A DNA stretch of 64,000 bases, from IMG/VR virus record IMGVR_UViG_3300003478_000003, positions 1 through 64,000 of that record. One strand, given 5' to 3'. The stretch's first letter is position 1. Each line of letters opens with the position of its first letter. This DNA comes from an uncultured virus (IMG/VR IMGVR_UViG_3300003478_000003) (lineage: Duplodnaviria > Heunggongvirae > Uroviricota > Caudoviricetes). The translations under genes were made by a program, and so were the position numbers. The notes under the pieces were generated by a model that was not told where the DNA came from, ran no database searches, and saw only the letters and a program-made list of their open reading frames with translations. Below, piece by piece: positions 45,956-55,246 of the stretch.

Positions 45956-46058
45956 ATTATAGCATATCGAGCGATCTAGTCTATCTTTTATGGGCATGTA
46001 AGTACTTGATTTTATTGAAGATATATAAAAAGAAAAAGTCAATGAGATCAATGACTTA
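45956..46058 (-). promoter_or_regulatory. early promoter module with IHF-like boxes
   Basis: TAGACT-N16-TATAAT; AATCAAGTACTTA at 45999 and an inverted GATCAATGACTTA at 46046. Confidence 0.75.
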
Positions 46059-46071
46059 CATTTTACCCATG

Positions 46072-46100
46072 AAAAAAGGCCCGTAAATCAGGCCTTTCCC
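46072..46100 (-). terminator. intrinsic terminator
   Basis: AAAGGCCTG-ATTTA-CGGGCCTTTTTT on the minus strand. Confidence 0.75.
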
Positions 46101-46115
46101 CAATAAAACTTTTAA

Positions 46116-46343
46116 TTAGTCCTTGTTAAAACACCAGTAAAGAACTGCTAAGGCTACTAAACCTACTAGTCCCTGACTACCTAGTGAACTAACTAGACCA
46201 GTAATATTACCGACTACGTCAACACCCAAGAAAGGTACTGTGCCGCCAAATAATACTTGTAATACTACGGATAGAGCAATTGCTACAACACCGACATCAA
46301 TGATGCCACGTGCCCATCCTTTTACTTTACCTAAAATATCCAT
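46116..46343 (-). CDS. small membrane protein (paralogue of 18448-18681)
   Basis: QVLFGGTVPFLGVDVVGNITGLVSSLGSQGLVGLVA; AGGAG RBS. Confidence 0.75.
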   Translation of the reverse strand: MDILGKVKGWARGIIDVGVVAIALSVVLQVLFGGTVPFLGVDVVGNITGLVSSLGSQGLVGLVALAVLYWCFNKD

Positions 46344-46440
46344 CTTATTTCATTTCTCCTTTGTTAAGTTGAGATAGAGCTTAAAATTAATACATATAAA
46401 AAGTGGGCACAATCCGTACCCACTCAATATAATGTTTTAA

Positions 46441-46572
46441 TTATTGTCCGCCTTCAGGCCCACCTGTTGGGATCCATGCTGTCATTTCCCAATAACCTAG
46501 CCAATCACCTAGAAAGCCTACCACTAATACTGCGGCAACTATCATAGCAATTTTCTTTTGTTTATCACTCAT
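46441..46572 (-). CDS. 43-aa membrane peptide (not in ORF track)
   Basis: MSDKQKKIAMIVAAVLVVGFLGDWLGYW...; AGGAG RBS; overlaps the upstream stop. Confidence 0.55.
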   Translation of the reverse strand: MSDKQKKIAMIVAAVLVVGFLGDWLGYWEMTAWIPTGGPEGGQ

Positions 46573-47452
46573 TATTATCTCCTAATTTATTTCTCATAGT
46601 GTTCAAAACACTATCAGAATAGTTCCCGAACAAATCATTTATAAATGTTTTTTGCTGATCGCTTGATAAATTTGGAAATCGTTGACGAATTTCGGTGGCG
46701 CTTCGTGCCGGCTCACCCATAACATTAAATGTAATTGTTGGTACAGTAGTCACATAACTATGATCAGTCAGTGACTTCGCGTTATCCCACCCATTCCATC
46801 GTTGCATGTGTGCTGGTTGAAGATCTTTCTTAAGATTAGGACCTTTGGTAGGAAAATTGAATCTTGGGTCTTCTGCCATGTCTTTTTCGCTTACAGCGTA
46901 TAACACGACAGTATTGTTCATATCGTACTTACTTGTAATCTCTTCTGCCTTATAAGGCTGTGTTGTTCTTACTACTACTTGTGGATCAATTCCTGTAGTA
47001 GATATCATTTCTCGTTTTTCTTCAAACGAAAATGGTGATTTACCTGGTTCTTGTTTTCCACTAGTTGCTATCCACACGTCAGCAGTTGCACCATATTTTC
47101 TTACTAAATCTTTATAAACGCTTGCGTGACCTTTGTGGAAAGGATGGAATCGTCCAGGATATATTACAACTAATTTGTCATTAGTTGCTTCTGTTAAACT
47201 TGCTTGTATTTCGTAATCTTCTAATGTAATTTGTTCTATTATCTTATCTAACTGGTCATCACTTAATTCTTCTGATAATGTAATCTCTACAACACTACCT
47301 TCAGGTGTGTCATATTCTGCCAAATCCATATAACTGTGTTCGTCATCGGACTCATACAAATTAGTATCAGTATTGGTCGCAACAGTTGCGGCGAAATTTG
47401 CGGTAGCCGTGTTGTCGTGTTCGTTTGTAATTAAGCGAATAAAATGGGTCAT
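46565..47452 (-). CDS. HIGH-class nucleotidyltransferase (cytidylyltransferase-like) with acidic N-terminal extension
   Basis: YPGRFHPFHKGH, SPFSFEEK, SATEIR. Confidence 0.8.
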   Translation of the reverse strand: MTHFIRLITNEHDNTATANFAATVATNTDTNLYESDDEHSYMDLAEYDTPEGSVVEITLSEELSDDQLDKIIEQITLEDYEIQASLTEATNDKLVVIYPGRFHPFHKGHASVYKDLVRKYGATADVWIATSGKQEPGKSPFSFEEKREMISTTGIDPQVVVRTTQPYKAEEITSKYDMNNTVVLYAVSEKDMAEDPRFNFPTKGPNLKKDLQPAHMQRWNGWDNAKSLTDHSYVTTVPTITFNVMGEPARSATEIRQRFPNLSSDQQKTFINDLFGNYSDSVLNTMRNKLGDNNE

Positions 47453-47456
47453 AAAA

Positions 47457-48026
47457 TTAGTAATTATAAAGGACTTTGGTGACAGAGCCTGCTGTCATTC
47501 CCGTTAGTGCGGCACGAACCCAAACAAAGTTACCTGTATAGTTGTATCCTTTGTTGGACGTTTCTGCGGATGCGTATGTTGCACTAGTAGCATCTACATC
47601 AAACCAATCATCTTTAGTTGGTGTTGATGCTAGGGATGCTTGCATTTTAACAACTCCTATATATGCATTTAAATGAAATGCTGAAGTATGCAAACCATCA
47701 GTATAACCATAATAACCATCTGCTTTTTGTTTTCCACTATAAGCACCTTGATGATCAACTGTTACACTTGCGCCTGCCGCTTCTGTTGTTACTGTCTCTA
47801 AAACAGTGAGAGTTGTTGCTGTAGGTGATCCGCTGACAGTAAATGTTGCATTATTACTTACACTACCTGTAACTACAACAATATCACCGTCTACAAAGTC
47901 AGTGAATGCTATAGTTCCAGTATTACTGGATACTAAAGTCTTATTTGTTGCGTTAAAAGTAACTACTGTGCCAGCCTTATTCGCAATATGCGATTTACTG
48001 GGGAAAAGTATAATACTATCTGCCAT
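47457..48026 (-). CDS. probable virion structural protein
   Basis: Thr/Gly-rich beta composition; GYYG..DGLHT, QASL...P...DWF, GNFVWVRA. Confidence 0.6.
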   Translation of the reverse strand: MADSIILFPSKSHIANKAGTVVTFNATNKTLVSSNTGTIAFTDFVDGDIVVVTGSVSNNATFTVSGSPTATTLTVLETVTTEAAGASVTVDHQGAYSGKQKADGYYGYTDGLHTSAFHLNAYIGVVKMQASLASTPTKDDWFDVDATSATYASAETSNKGYNYTGNFVWVRAALTGMTAGSVTKVLYNY

Positions 48027-48027
48027 G

Positions 48028-48192
48028 TTATTCCTTTATAATTTCAATTAGTCTTCCGGCACCTACTAATTCTTGAACTACGCCTTCTAAAGTACCAACA
48101 AACTCCTCGTCCATAATTGGGGATTCGTTCTCGCTATCTTTGAGTAATTCACTAACTTTGATTACTACCATATCTTCATTGATCTTAGCCAT
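48028..48192 (-). CDS. 54-aa conserved late protein (not in ORF track)
   Basis: MAKINEDMVVIKVSELLKD...LEGVVQELVGAGRLIEII; TATAAATA 5 nt upstream at 48198-48205. Confidence 0.7.
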   Translation of the reverse strand: MAKINEDMVVIKVSELLKDSENESPIMDEEFVGTLEGVVQELVGAGRLIEIIKE

Positions 48193-48214
48193 GCATATAT
48201 TTATACGATTTTGG

Positions 48215-48937
48215 CTATAATTCGGACTCTAAAACATACTTGATAATGCGTATCGGACAACGTGTCAGGAACATTTTGCTCATCATTAGCGTTGTGTCGT
48301 CCTCAATGTACATAAAACCTTGATCTAACCATAATTGTGGCTTATTAAAGTACATTTTTGTTTTTCTAGAGAATCTAACAGCATCGCCCTGTGCCTCTCC
48401 CCAATTTAATAGAGATTTTGGAATTTCGTGTGTTGTAGTATAGTTATTCATTATAACTTTATAACGATATCTATTATATGGTAAATCTTTAACTATTATA
48501 GAATCTTTGCTATTTAATAAAAATGGAATAGCATCAATTTGAGGGCGACAATCGACATGCAAAAATTCATTAAATAAGTATATAAGGTTTTCATGCAGAT
48601 CTAATTTATTTGTAAATATACTTACACTGGGCTCTGCTACTCTTAACAATACAGTTTTATCATACCTATACGGTTCTAATATTTTAGCAATATGAAGTAT
48701 CTCTTTTTCATTTTCATCATACTTGCCAATAATATTTTTTAATAATGTTGCTCGCCACGATGAAGATTTAAATTCTTGAATATGTGTTTTTATATCAGAT
48801 GATGAATAATTAGTTCTTAATACATAAACACCAGGAAGAATATATATAGACTTGTATAGATATTTATTATACCAAAGTTTAGTTGTTTCATCCTGTCTAT
48901 GTTCTGGAATTCTTTTAAAATCATTATAATAATGCAT
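48215..48937 (-). CDS. hypothetical protein
   Basis: 240 aa with two Y.YK-type segments; adjacent to clpA. Confidence 0.6.
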   Translation of the reverse strand: MHYYNDFKRIPEHRQDETTKLWYNKYLYKSIYILPGVYVLRTNYSSSDIKTHIQEFKSSSWRATLLKNIIGKYDENEKEILHIAKILEPYRYDKTVLLRVAEPSVSIFTNKLDLHENLIYLFNEFLHVDCRPQIDAIPFLLNSKDSIIVKDLPYNRYRYKVIMNNYTTTHEIPKSLLNWGEAQGDAVRFSRKTKMYFNKPQLWLDQGFMYIEDDTTLMMSKMFLTRCPIRIIKYVLESEL

Positions 48938-51239
48938 CGTCTTTTGGTTTAAAGTTATCTATAACAATATATCCTTCTTTATTTACTACTTCATTTGGTA
49001 TTTTTTTAGCAGGGGTAGTCCCTGTGGTAAATAATAATTCTTCATTACTATCTATGTCTATTTCTAATATAACATCATGTATTTGATCGAATAGTATTTT
49101 ATGTGCTAATGATGTTTTTATTTTTTCATTAATTACTCTTGCTAATGGACGAGCACCCATTTTTGGATTCCATCCTTTATCTAACAAATATTCTTTTAAT
49201 TTAAGTGTAGGTTTGATTAATATATTTTTCTCTACTATTAAACTATTAAGTTCACCAATAAACTTATCAACAATTAACAACATACTTTCTTTACTTAATT
49301 TATTAAACTTCACTATAGCGTCAAGTCTATTTCTAAATTCTGGTGGGAAGAATCGTTCTACTGCTACATCATCTTCACCTTCTTTTTCTAATCCCGCAAA
49401 TCCAATTGCGTTCTTTTCCATTTCGGCCGCGCCTAAGTTTGATGTCATAATTAACACAACATTACGCATATCAACTCGCTTACCATTACTACCACTTAAA
49501 TAACCACCGTCCATTATTTGTAGCAATACATTGGAAACATCTTTGTGTGCTTTTTCAATTTCATCCAATAGTAATATAGCATGTGGATCTTTCTCAACAT
49601 CATTAAGCAGTTTACCACCTGCCATTTCTGAATCCTCAAATCCAACATAGCCTGGTGGTGCGCCAATTAGTTTAGCAACACTGTGACGTTCTTGATACTC
49701 ACTCATATCATAACGCAATAATTTCACACCTAAATATATTGCTAGTTGCTTACATACTTCGGTTTTACCTACACCAGTTGGACCTGTAAACAAGAACGAT
49801 GCTGTAGGTTTATCAATGTCCTTTAGTCCTGCTTTAGCAATATATATTTTCTCACAAATTTTATCAATTGCCTCATCTTGACCAAATACAACTCCGCGCA
49901 AGTTGCCTTCTAAATGAACAACGTTATCTGATTTTTCCGTACGTAATTGGTCAATTGGCATACGTGCTATTTTACTTACTTGCTGTAAGATATCTTCGTG
50001 ATCTATTATTCTATTTGTTTTTCCACTCACTGTGCGTTTAGCACAAGCAGTATCTATTAAATCAATTGCCTTGTCTGGCAATTTTCTATCTGCAATAAAT
50101 TTAATGCTTTTGTCCACTGCTGTATCAATTGCTTTATTAGTAATTTCTAAATTGTGAAACTCTTCATAATATTTTTTAATACCAATCAATATATCAATTG
50201 CTTCATCACGAGTCGGCTCATCAATGACTAATCTAAAGAACCGTCTCATTAATGCGCGATCCTTTTCAAAACTTTTTCTATAATCTTCCCATGTTGTGCT
50301 TGCTATAACTTTAATATGTCCACGTGATAAAGCAGGTTTTAGCATATTACTAAAATCAACACCACCACTTCCACTACTGCTAGTACCAGCACCACTCATC
50401 ATGTGTGCTTCATCAATAAACAATATTACATTGTTTAATTTTTCTAAAGCAATAATAACGTGCCGAACCTTTTCCTCAAATTCACCTCTATACTTACTGC
50501 CCGCTAACAAAGCACCAATCTCTAAACTATAAATTGTGTTATCTATTAAATTAGAAGGAACATCTTTGTGCTGTATTCTATACGCTAGTCCTTCTACTAC
50601 TGCTGTTTTACCAACACCTGGTTCACCAACCATTATAACATTATTTTTAGCTTTACGTGCTAATGTTTCAGATATATCATTTATTTCATCCATGCGTCCA
50701 ATAACAGGGTCTATTTTACCTTTATCAACTAGGGTATTTAAATTAGTGCAGTATTCTTCAAGAATTTGCGTTGCTTTATTAGCAATATTCTGTTTTTCAT
50801 CATCTCCACAATAATGTATATTATAAAAATCTATTAATTTTTGTGTTTCTATATCATATTTGCGTAATACCCATGTAGCATAAGAATGGGGTTCATTTGT
50901 AATACTAATATACAAATCCATTATTTGGAATTTTTGTCGCCCACTAAATAAAACCTGTGTGAATGCTCTACTAAATACTCTTTCTAATGCATGGGTTTTC
51001 TTAGGTTGACTAACACTAGTGTCAACAATATCCACAAACCGTGTATTGAGTATAATATGTAATTCATCATGTAAAGCCGTCCAATTAGCACCAAAGTCTA
51101 TTAGCATTTGTTTGAAAGTATCAGTTTTCAATAAAGCTAACAATATATGTTCGACAGTTACAAAAGAATGATTGTGTGTTATAGCAATTTTAACTGCTTC
51201 TTCTACTATTGCTTCAATTTCGGGATTACTATCAAACAT
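48924..51239 (-). CDS. clpA: ClpA-type Hsp100 ATPase
   Basis: Clp N domain (VEHILLAL); D1 GEPGVGKT, FIDE; D2 GPTGVGKT, LLDEIEKAH; IGF loop; GARPL; no ClpB middle domain. Confidence 0.92.
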   Translation of the reverse strand: MFDSNPEIEAIVEEAVKIAITHNHSFVTVEHILLALLKTDTFKQMLIDFGANWTALHDELHIILNTRFVDIVDTSVSQPKKTHALERVFSRAFTQVLFSGRQKFQIMDLYISITNEPHSYATWVLRKYDIETQKLIDFYNIHYCGDDEKQNIANKATQILEEYCTNLNTLVDKGKIDPVIGRMDEINDISETLARKAKNNVIMVGEPGVGKTAVVEGLAYRIQHKDVPSNLIDNTIYSLEIGALLAGSKYRGEFEEKVRHVIIALEKLNNVILFIDEAHMMSGAGTSSSGSGGVDFSNMLKPALSRGHIKVIASTTWEDYRKSFEKDRALMRRFFRLVIDEPTRDEAIDILIGIKKYYEEFHNLEITNKAIDTAVDKSIKFIADRKLPDKAIDLIDTACAKRTVSGKTNRIIDHEDILQQVSKIARMPIDQLRTEKSDNVVHLEGNLRGVVFGQDEAIDKICEKIYIAKAGLKDIDKPTASFLFTGPTGVGKTEVCKQLAIYLGVKLLRYDMSEYQERHSVAKLIGAPPGYVGFEDSEMAGGKLLNDVEKDPHAILLLDEIEKAHKDVSNVLLQIMDGGYLSGSNGKRVDMRNVVLIMTSNLGAAEMEKNAIGFAGLEKEGEDDVAVERFFPPEFRNRLDAIVKFNKLSKESMLLIVDKFIGELNSLIVEKNILIKPTLKLKEYLLDKGWNPKMGARPLARVINEKIKTSLAHKILFDQIHDVILEIDIDSNEELLFTTGTTPAKKIPNEVVNKEGYIVIDNFKPKDDALL

Positions 51240-51693
51240 CGTATACGCTAACTCTGTCGTTAAAGGTAATACCATTTAAATGATCTAGTTCATGCAAATA
51301 ACATCTAGCAGTATATCCACTAAGTTCTTCATCACTCCATTTATTACCTAGATAATCATAATACTCTATTTTAATCCAATTCGAACGTTCTATTTCTAAA
51401 TGTTCTCCAGGAAAACTTAAACATCCTTCTGTATCAATATTAGTTTCTTTACTACTTTCTAATACTGATGGATTAAAAAAGTATTTAAATTTATTTTGCC
51501 AATCTTCACTAAACATTACAAATAAACGTTTACTAATTCCTATTTGCGGAGCTGCAAGACCAATACCTTTGTTTTCTACCATAAACGCCATCATCATTAC
51601 TGCAAGTTTCTGTAGTTGGAATGGTTTATCAAACACAACAGGCTTCGCCTCTTTGTGTAAGACACGTTTAGTAAGTTTTATTTTTCGCTCCAT
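51232..51693 (-). CDS. def: peptide deformylase
   Basis: GIGLAAPQIG, EGCLS, HELDHLNG; lacks the C-terminal helix. Confidence 0.93.
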   Translation of the reverse strand: MERKIKLTKRVLHKEAKPVVFDKPFQLQKLAVMMMAFMVENKGIGLAAPQIGISKRLFVMFSEDWQNKFKYFFNPSVLESSKETNIDTEGCLSFPGEHLEIERSNWIKIEYYDYLGNKWSDEELSGYTARCYLHELDHLNGITFNDRVSVYDV

Positions 51694-51699
51694 GATATA

Positions 51700-51840
51700 T
51701 TATACCCAACCAAAGGCATAAGCAATGCCTACCTCTAAAGACAGGACAACTGCTAATGTGCCAAAAGCTGTTAATAAGGCAAATGGAATATACTTCCAAG
51801 CACCTTTAGGTTTGGCTTTATCACAACATGTTTCTTTCAT
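51700..51840 (-). CDS. 46-aa membrane peptide (not in ORF track)
   Basis: MKETCCDKAKPKGAWKYIPFALLTAFGTLAVVLSLEVGIAYAFGWV; fills the dnaJ-def gap. Confidence 0.5.
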   Translation of the reverse strand: MKETCCDKAKPKGAWKYIPFALLTAFGTLAVVLSLEVGIAYAFGWV

Positions 51841-51852
51841 ACAAATATTTAG

Positions 51853-52713
51853 TTACGATGATTTAAGTAAATCTTGTATTAGATTCTTTTGATCAGTAGT
51901 TAAATTTTTAGGTATGTTAATGTTTAATTGTACAAATAGATCCCCATATAAATTACTATCCATAACAGGCATTCCTTGTTGTTTTAATAATAACTTGCTA
52001 TTGGGTTGAGAACCGGGAGGAATTTTTACCTTTAATTCACCACCTGTAATTGTAGGTAATATTTTTTCGGCACCGAGCATTGCTTCAAAACAATTTAATT
52101 CTATTACAGTAAATAAATTTTGTCCTTGGCGTTGATATGTGTTATGATTATATACTTGAACAGTAACTAACAAATCACCAGAAGGCATATTCGGCATAGC
52201 CCTATCACCCAATTCACGCATACGCAAAGTTGTGTCGCTTATTACACCACGTGGTATAGTAACATCTATTGTTTTTAATTCATTAGATGTGCGATACTCA
52301 AGTCGTTTATTAACTCCATTATATGCTTCTTCTAATGTTATTGCTATTTGTATATGAACATCTCTATTGCGTTGTTGTCGCTGTCTAAAAGGACCACGTC
52401 CACCAAATACCTCTCCAAATACTTCTTCTATGTTTATATTAATAGGACCGGCGCCACCAGTAGACCATACAAATGGACCTTGTTGTCCGCCAAATTCTTG
52501 CGGACCACCGTATTTGCGTAAATGATCATACTCTTCACGTTTATCACTCGTAAGGATATCGTTGGCTTCGTTTATTTGCTGAAACTGTTTCCCATCACCG
52601 CCTTTGTCGGGATGATGTTTCATAGCCAACTTACGATATGCTTTTTTAATAGCCGCAGGCTTTGCGTCTTCGCTTACGCCTAGTATTTCGTAGTAATTTT
52701 TGCTTGCATCCAT
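51853..52713 (-). CDS. dnaJ: class II J-domain co-chaperone (DnaJ/CbpA-like, no zinc finger)
   Basis: YYEILGV, HPD, G/F region, C-terminal substrate domains; TAGACT-N17-TATAAT promoter at 52724-52752. Confidence 0.88.
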   Translation of the reverse strand: MDASKNYYEILGVSEDAKPAAIKKAYRKLAMKHHPDKGGDGKQFQQINEANDILTSDKREEYDHLRKYGGPQEFGGQQGPFVWSTGGAGPININIEEVFGEVFGGRGPFRQRQQRNRDVHIQIAITLEEAYNGVNKRLEYRTSNELKTIDVTIPRGVISDTTLRMRELGDRAMPNMPSGDLLVTVQVYNHNTYQRQGQNLFTVIELNCFEAMLGAEKILPTITGGELKVKIPPGSQPNSKLLLKQQGMPVMDSNLYGDLFVQLNINIPKNLTTDQKNLIQDLLKSS

Positions 52714-52749
52714 ATACTATGTAATTATAACATATCTTTATGGAAAAGT

Positions 52750-53057
52750 CTAGTCAGGATCTTCTTCCGGAATCCATTCGGTCCATTCTATATTGTCTTC
52801 ATTCCAGTCATACACTTTGCCATCGTTAGGATAAGGTATAGATGATTCCCAAAGACAAGTTGACTCATCTAACAACCAACTGTCATAAGGTTTGGGTGGG
52901 ATAAAAGCATCCCTAGTTGCATCATATGTATAACCAATTCCCGCATAGTTTTTGCGGAGCCTGTTTCACCACTATTAAGTCGTATTAGTGGATCAGTAAT
53001 GTTAGTAACATCAAAGTTGATTTGTCCTGCTCTTGGTCTTGGTCTTGTTAATGCCAT
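52750..53057 (-). pseudogene. deletion chimera: tail-fibre-like N-terminus joined out of frame to the C-terminal part of a fibre-associated protein
   Basis: MALTRPR...LNSGETG start; an alternative frame from about 52959 reads LRKNYAGIGYTYDATRDAFIPPKPYDSW...WNED...* with no start codon. Confidence 0.7.
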
Positions 53058-53067
53058 ATTTTATTTC

Positions 53068-53808
53068 CTAACTATATAGTGTATCTATAGGTACCCACGC
53101 ACTACCATTATAACCTTCGAAACGCGTCGTGGTACTATTAAAACGCATCATACCTGTTTCTGGAGTACCAGGTCGTTGTGCTGTAGTTCCTACTGGTATG
53201 ATTATAGCATCTGTACCAGTAACGTCTAATGTTGCGGCAGGTGAGGTAGTTCCTATTCCAAACTTTCCCGTTGAATCTACAGTCAGTCTGTTTATTCCTG
53301 CGGTCATATCGTCAATATGAAACTTTGTTGCATCTACATTTATATCATACTTATGATTGTCCGATGAGTCCTGAATACGAAGTTGGTTTGCCACACCCTT
53401 TAAATGGAGTAGTTGCTCTGGACTTGTAGCACCTATACCAACCCTTTCCGATGAATCAATAGTAACTGCTAAAGCATTAGCATTGTCATCAATACCAGTG
53501 GATGCAAAATTAGAAATAGTACCAGCATCTATCTTGTTTCCTGATAGAGCATTATTTGCAACTTCTGCATCTGTTATTACGAGTGTTGCTAATTTACTTT
53601 GTGCTATTGCCGCACTTGCGTTCACTTGAGAATTAGTAATATCAAGTGACAATTTACTTTGTGCTATTGCCGCACTTGCATTAACGTCAGCATTAACTAT
53701 ATCTAAAGATGCTAATTTTGTTTTAGCAATCTCGGCTGATGCATGTATATCCGCATCAATAATTGTTCCATCTTCGATTAGGCCACTAGGTACTTTTGTT
53801 AATGCCAT
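53068..53808 (-). CDS. tail fibre/appendage-like structural protein
   Basis: MALTKV start; VNASAAIAQSKL repeats; VGIGxxSP repeats; GTTAQRP..G.MRFN.T...FEGYNG.AW. Confidence 0.75.
   Translation of the reverse strand: MALTKVPSGLIEDGTIIDADIHASAEIAKTKLASLDIVNADVNASAAIAQSKLSLDITNSQVNASAAIAQSKLATLVITDAEVANNALSGNKIDAGTISNFASTGIDDNANALAVTIDSSERVGIGATSPEQLLHLKGVANQLRIQDSSDNHKYDINVDATKFHIDDMTAGINRLTVDSTGKFGIGTTSPAATLDVTGTDAIIIPVGTTAQRPGTPETGMMRFNSTTTRFEGYNGSAWVPIDTLYS
53591..53679. repeat. 29-bp direct repeat with 60-bp period inside the fibre gene
   Basis: aatttactttgtgctattgccgcacttgc at 53591 and 53651. Confidence 0.85.
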
Positions 53809-53834
53809 CTAAATTGATTCTCCGATAATACATG

Positions 53835-53842
53835 TATTTATA
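53835..53842 (-). promoter_or_regulatory. T4-like late promoter
   Basis: TATAAATA upstream of the fibre gene and its GGAG RBS. Confidence 0.7.
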
Positions 53843-53848
53843 CGTATA

Positions 53849-55246
53849 TTATAAAAGGCCTTCTCTTTTCAGATCTTCCTGCGTAGCATTAATACTTGCG
53901 TGTAATACTACCATCATATGATCTATATTCTCTTTAGTTAATGTCAATGGTGGCGAAATAACATTTAAATGACCAATTGGCCTAATGATTACACCACGGT
54001 CTTGTGCGTGATTTGCTATCCTACTGCCAATATCTACACTTGCTGGAAATAATTCTTTAGTATGGCGTGTCTTAACAAATTCCATACACAACATATAATG
54101 ACTACCACGTACATCACCAACCATGTAATGTCCACGCATATGTTGTAATTGTTCTTCAAAGTATGGACCAACTTCACGTACATGTTCAAGTATTTTCTCG
54201 TCTTCCATTATTTTAATGTTAGCAAGTCCAGCGGCACACGCAACAGGATGTCCTGCGTATGTAAAGCCGTGTGTAAATAATGCGCCTTCTGCTTGAGCGC
54301 CATCACTGATTACATCGTAAATTTTGTCTGATATTATAGTTGCTGATAATGGAATGTAACCTGATGAGATGCCTTTAGCACTTGTTATAATGTCAGGCAC
54401 TATATCAAATATTTCTTCGGATGCAAACCAATGTCCTAAACGTCCAAAACCTGTTACTACTTCATCTGATATGTATAACATATCAAACTTTTCACAAACT
54501 TCTTTCATGCGTTTGTGATAACCTGGAGGGGCAACAATAACACCACCTGCGCCCATAATAGGTTCAGCAATAAATGCCGCCACATTTTCCGATCCAAGTT
54601 CTAATATTTTTTTCTCAAATTCTTTTACTAATTCATTACAAAATATTTCTAATTGCTCTTTAGTTGGAGGACGGTCACCTTCTATACCTCTATAACAATT
54701 AGGTGCTGATATATAATATACTAAATCAGGAGCAATATCAAAACCAATGTGATCATGCTGTGTACCTGTTAGTGTCATTGCCATGTATGTGCTACCATGG
54801 TATGAGTCTAAACGTGAGATAATTTTCTTTTTGTTTGGCTTCCCACGTTTATTATTATAAAAATGTATAATACGTATTGCTGTATCATTTGCTATTGAAC
54901 CACCAGTGCCAAAGAATACATGATTTAAGTCACCAGGTGCTATCTCCGCTAATTTTGCCGCTAATTCTGCGGCGGGTGGTGTAACTGTAGGACCAAATGT
55001 TGCGTAATAAGCAATCTCGTCTATTTGATCAGCAATTGCTTTCTTCATTGCTTCGTGTGCGTAACCAATGTTTACACACCATAAGCCAGCAATACCATCT
55101 AAATACTGATTACCATCGCTATCATATACATAATTACCAAGAGAGTTTGCCATTACTAATGATTTTTCATGATTAGCAAAATTTGTCCATGGGTGTATGT
55201 TATGATCTATATCTTTTTGTTGTAAATCTTTTGTGTTATATTTCAC
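53849..55246 (-). CDS. class III PLP aminotransferase (omega-amine/putrescine:pyruvate type)
   Basis: DGIAGLWC, GGS.AND, SYHGST, AEPIMGAGG, DEVVTGFGR, AKG, HGFTYAGHP. Confidence 0.9.
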   Translation of the reverse strand: MKYNTKDLQQKDIDHNIHPWTNFANHEKSLVMANSLGNYVYDSDGNQYLDGIAGLWCVNIGYAHEAMKKAIADQIDEIAYYATFGPTVTPPAAELAAKLAEIAPGDLNHVFFGTGGSIANDTAIRIIHFYNNKRGKPNKKKIISRLDSYHGSTYMAMTLTGTQHDHIGFDIAPDLVYYISAPNCYRGIEGDRPPTKEQLEIFCNELVKEFEKKILELGSENVAAFIAEPIMGAGGVIVAPPGYHKRMKEVCEKFDMLYISDEVVTGFGRLGHWFASEEIFDIVPDIITSAKGISSGYIPLSATIISDKIYDVISDGAQAEGALFTHGFTYAGHPVACAAGLANIKIMEDEKILEHVREVGPYFEEQLQHMRGHYMVGDVRGSHYMLCMEFVKTRHTKELFPASVDIGSRIANHAQDRGVIIRPIGHLNVISPPLTLTKENIDHMMVVLHASINATQEDLKREGLL

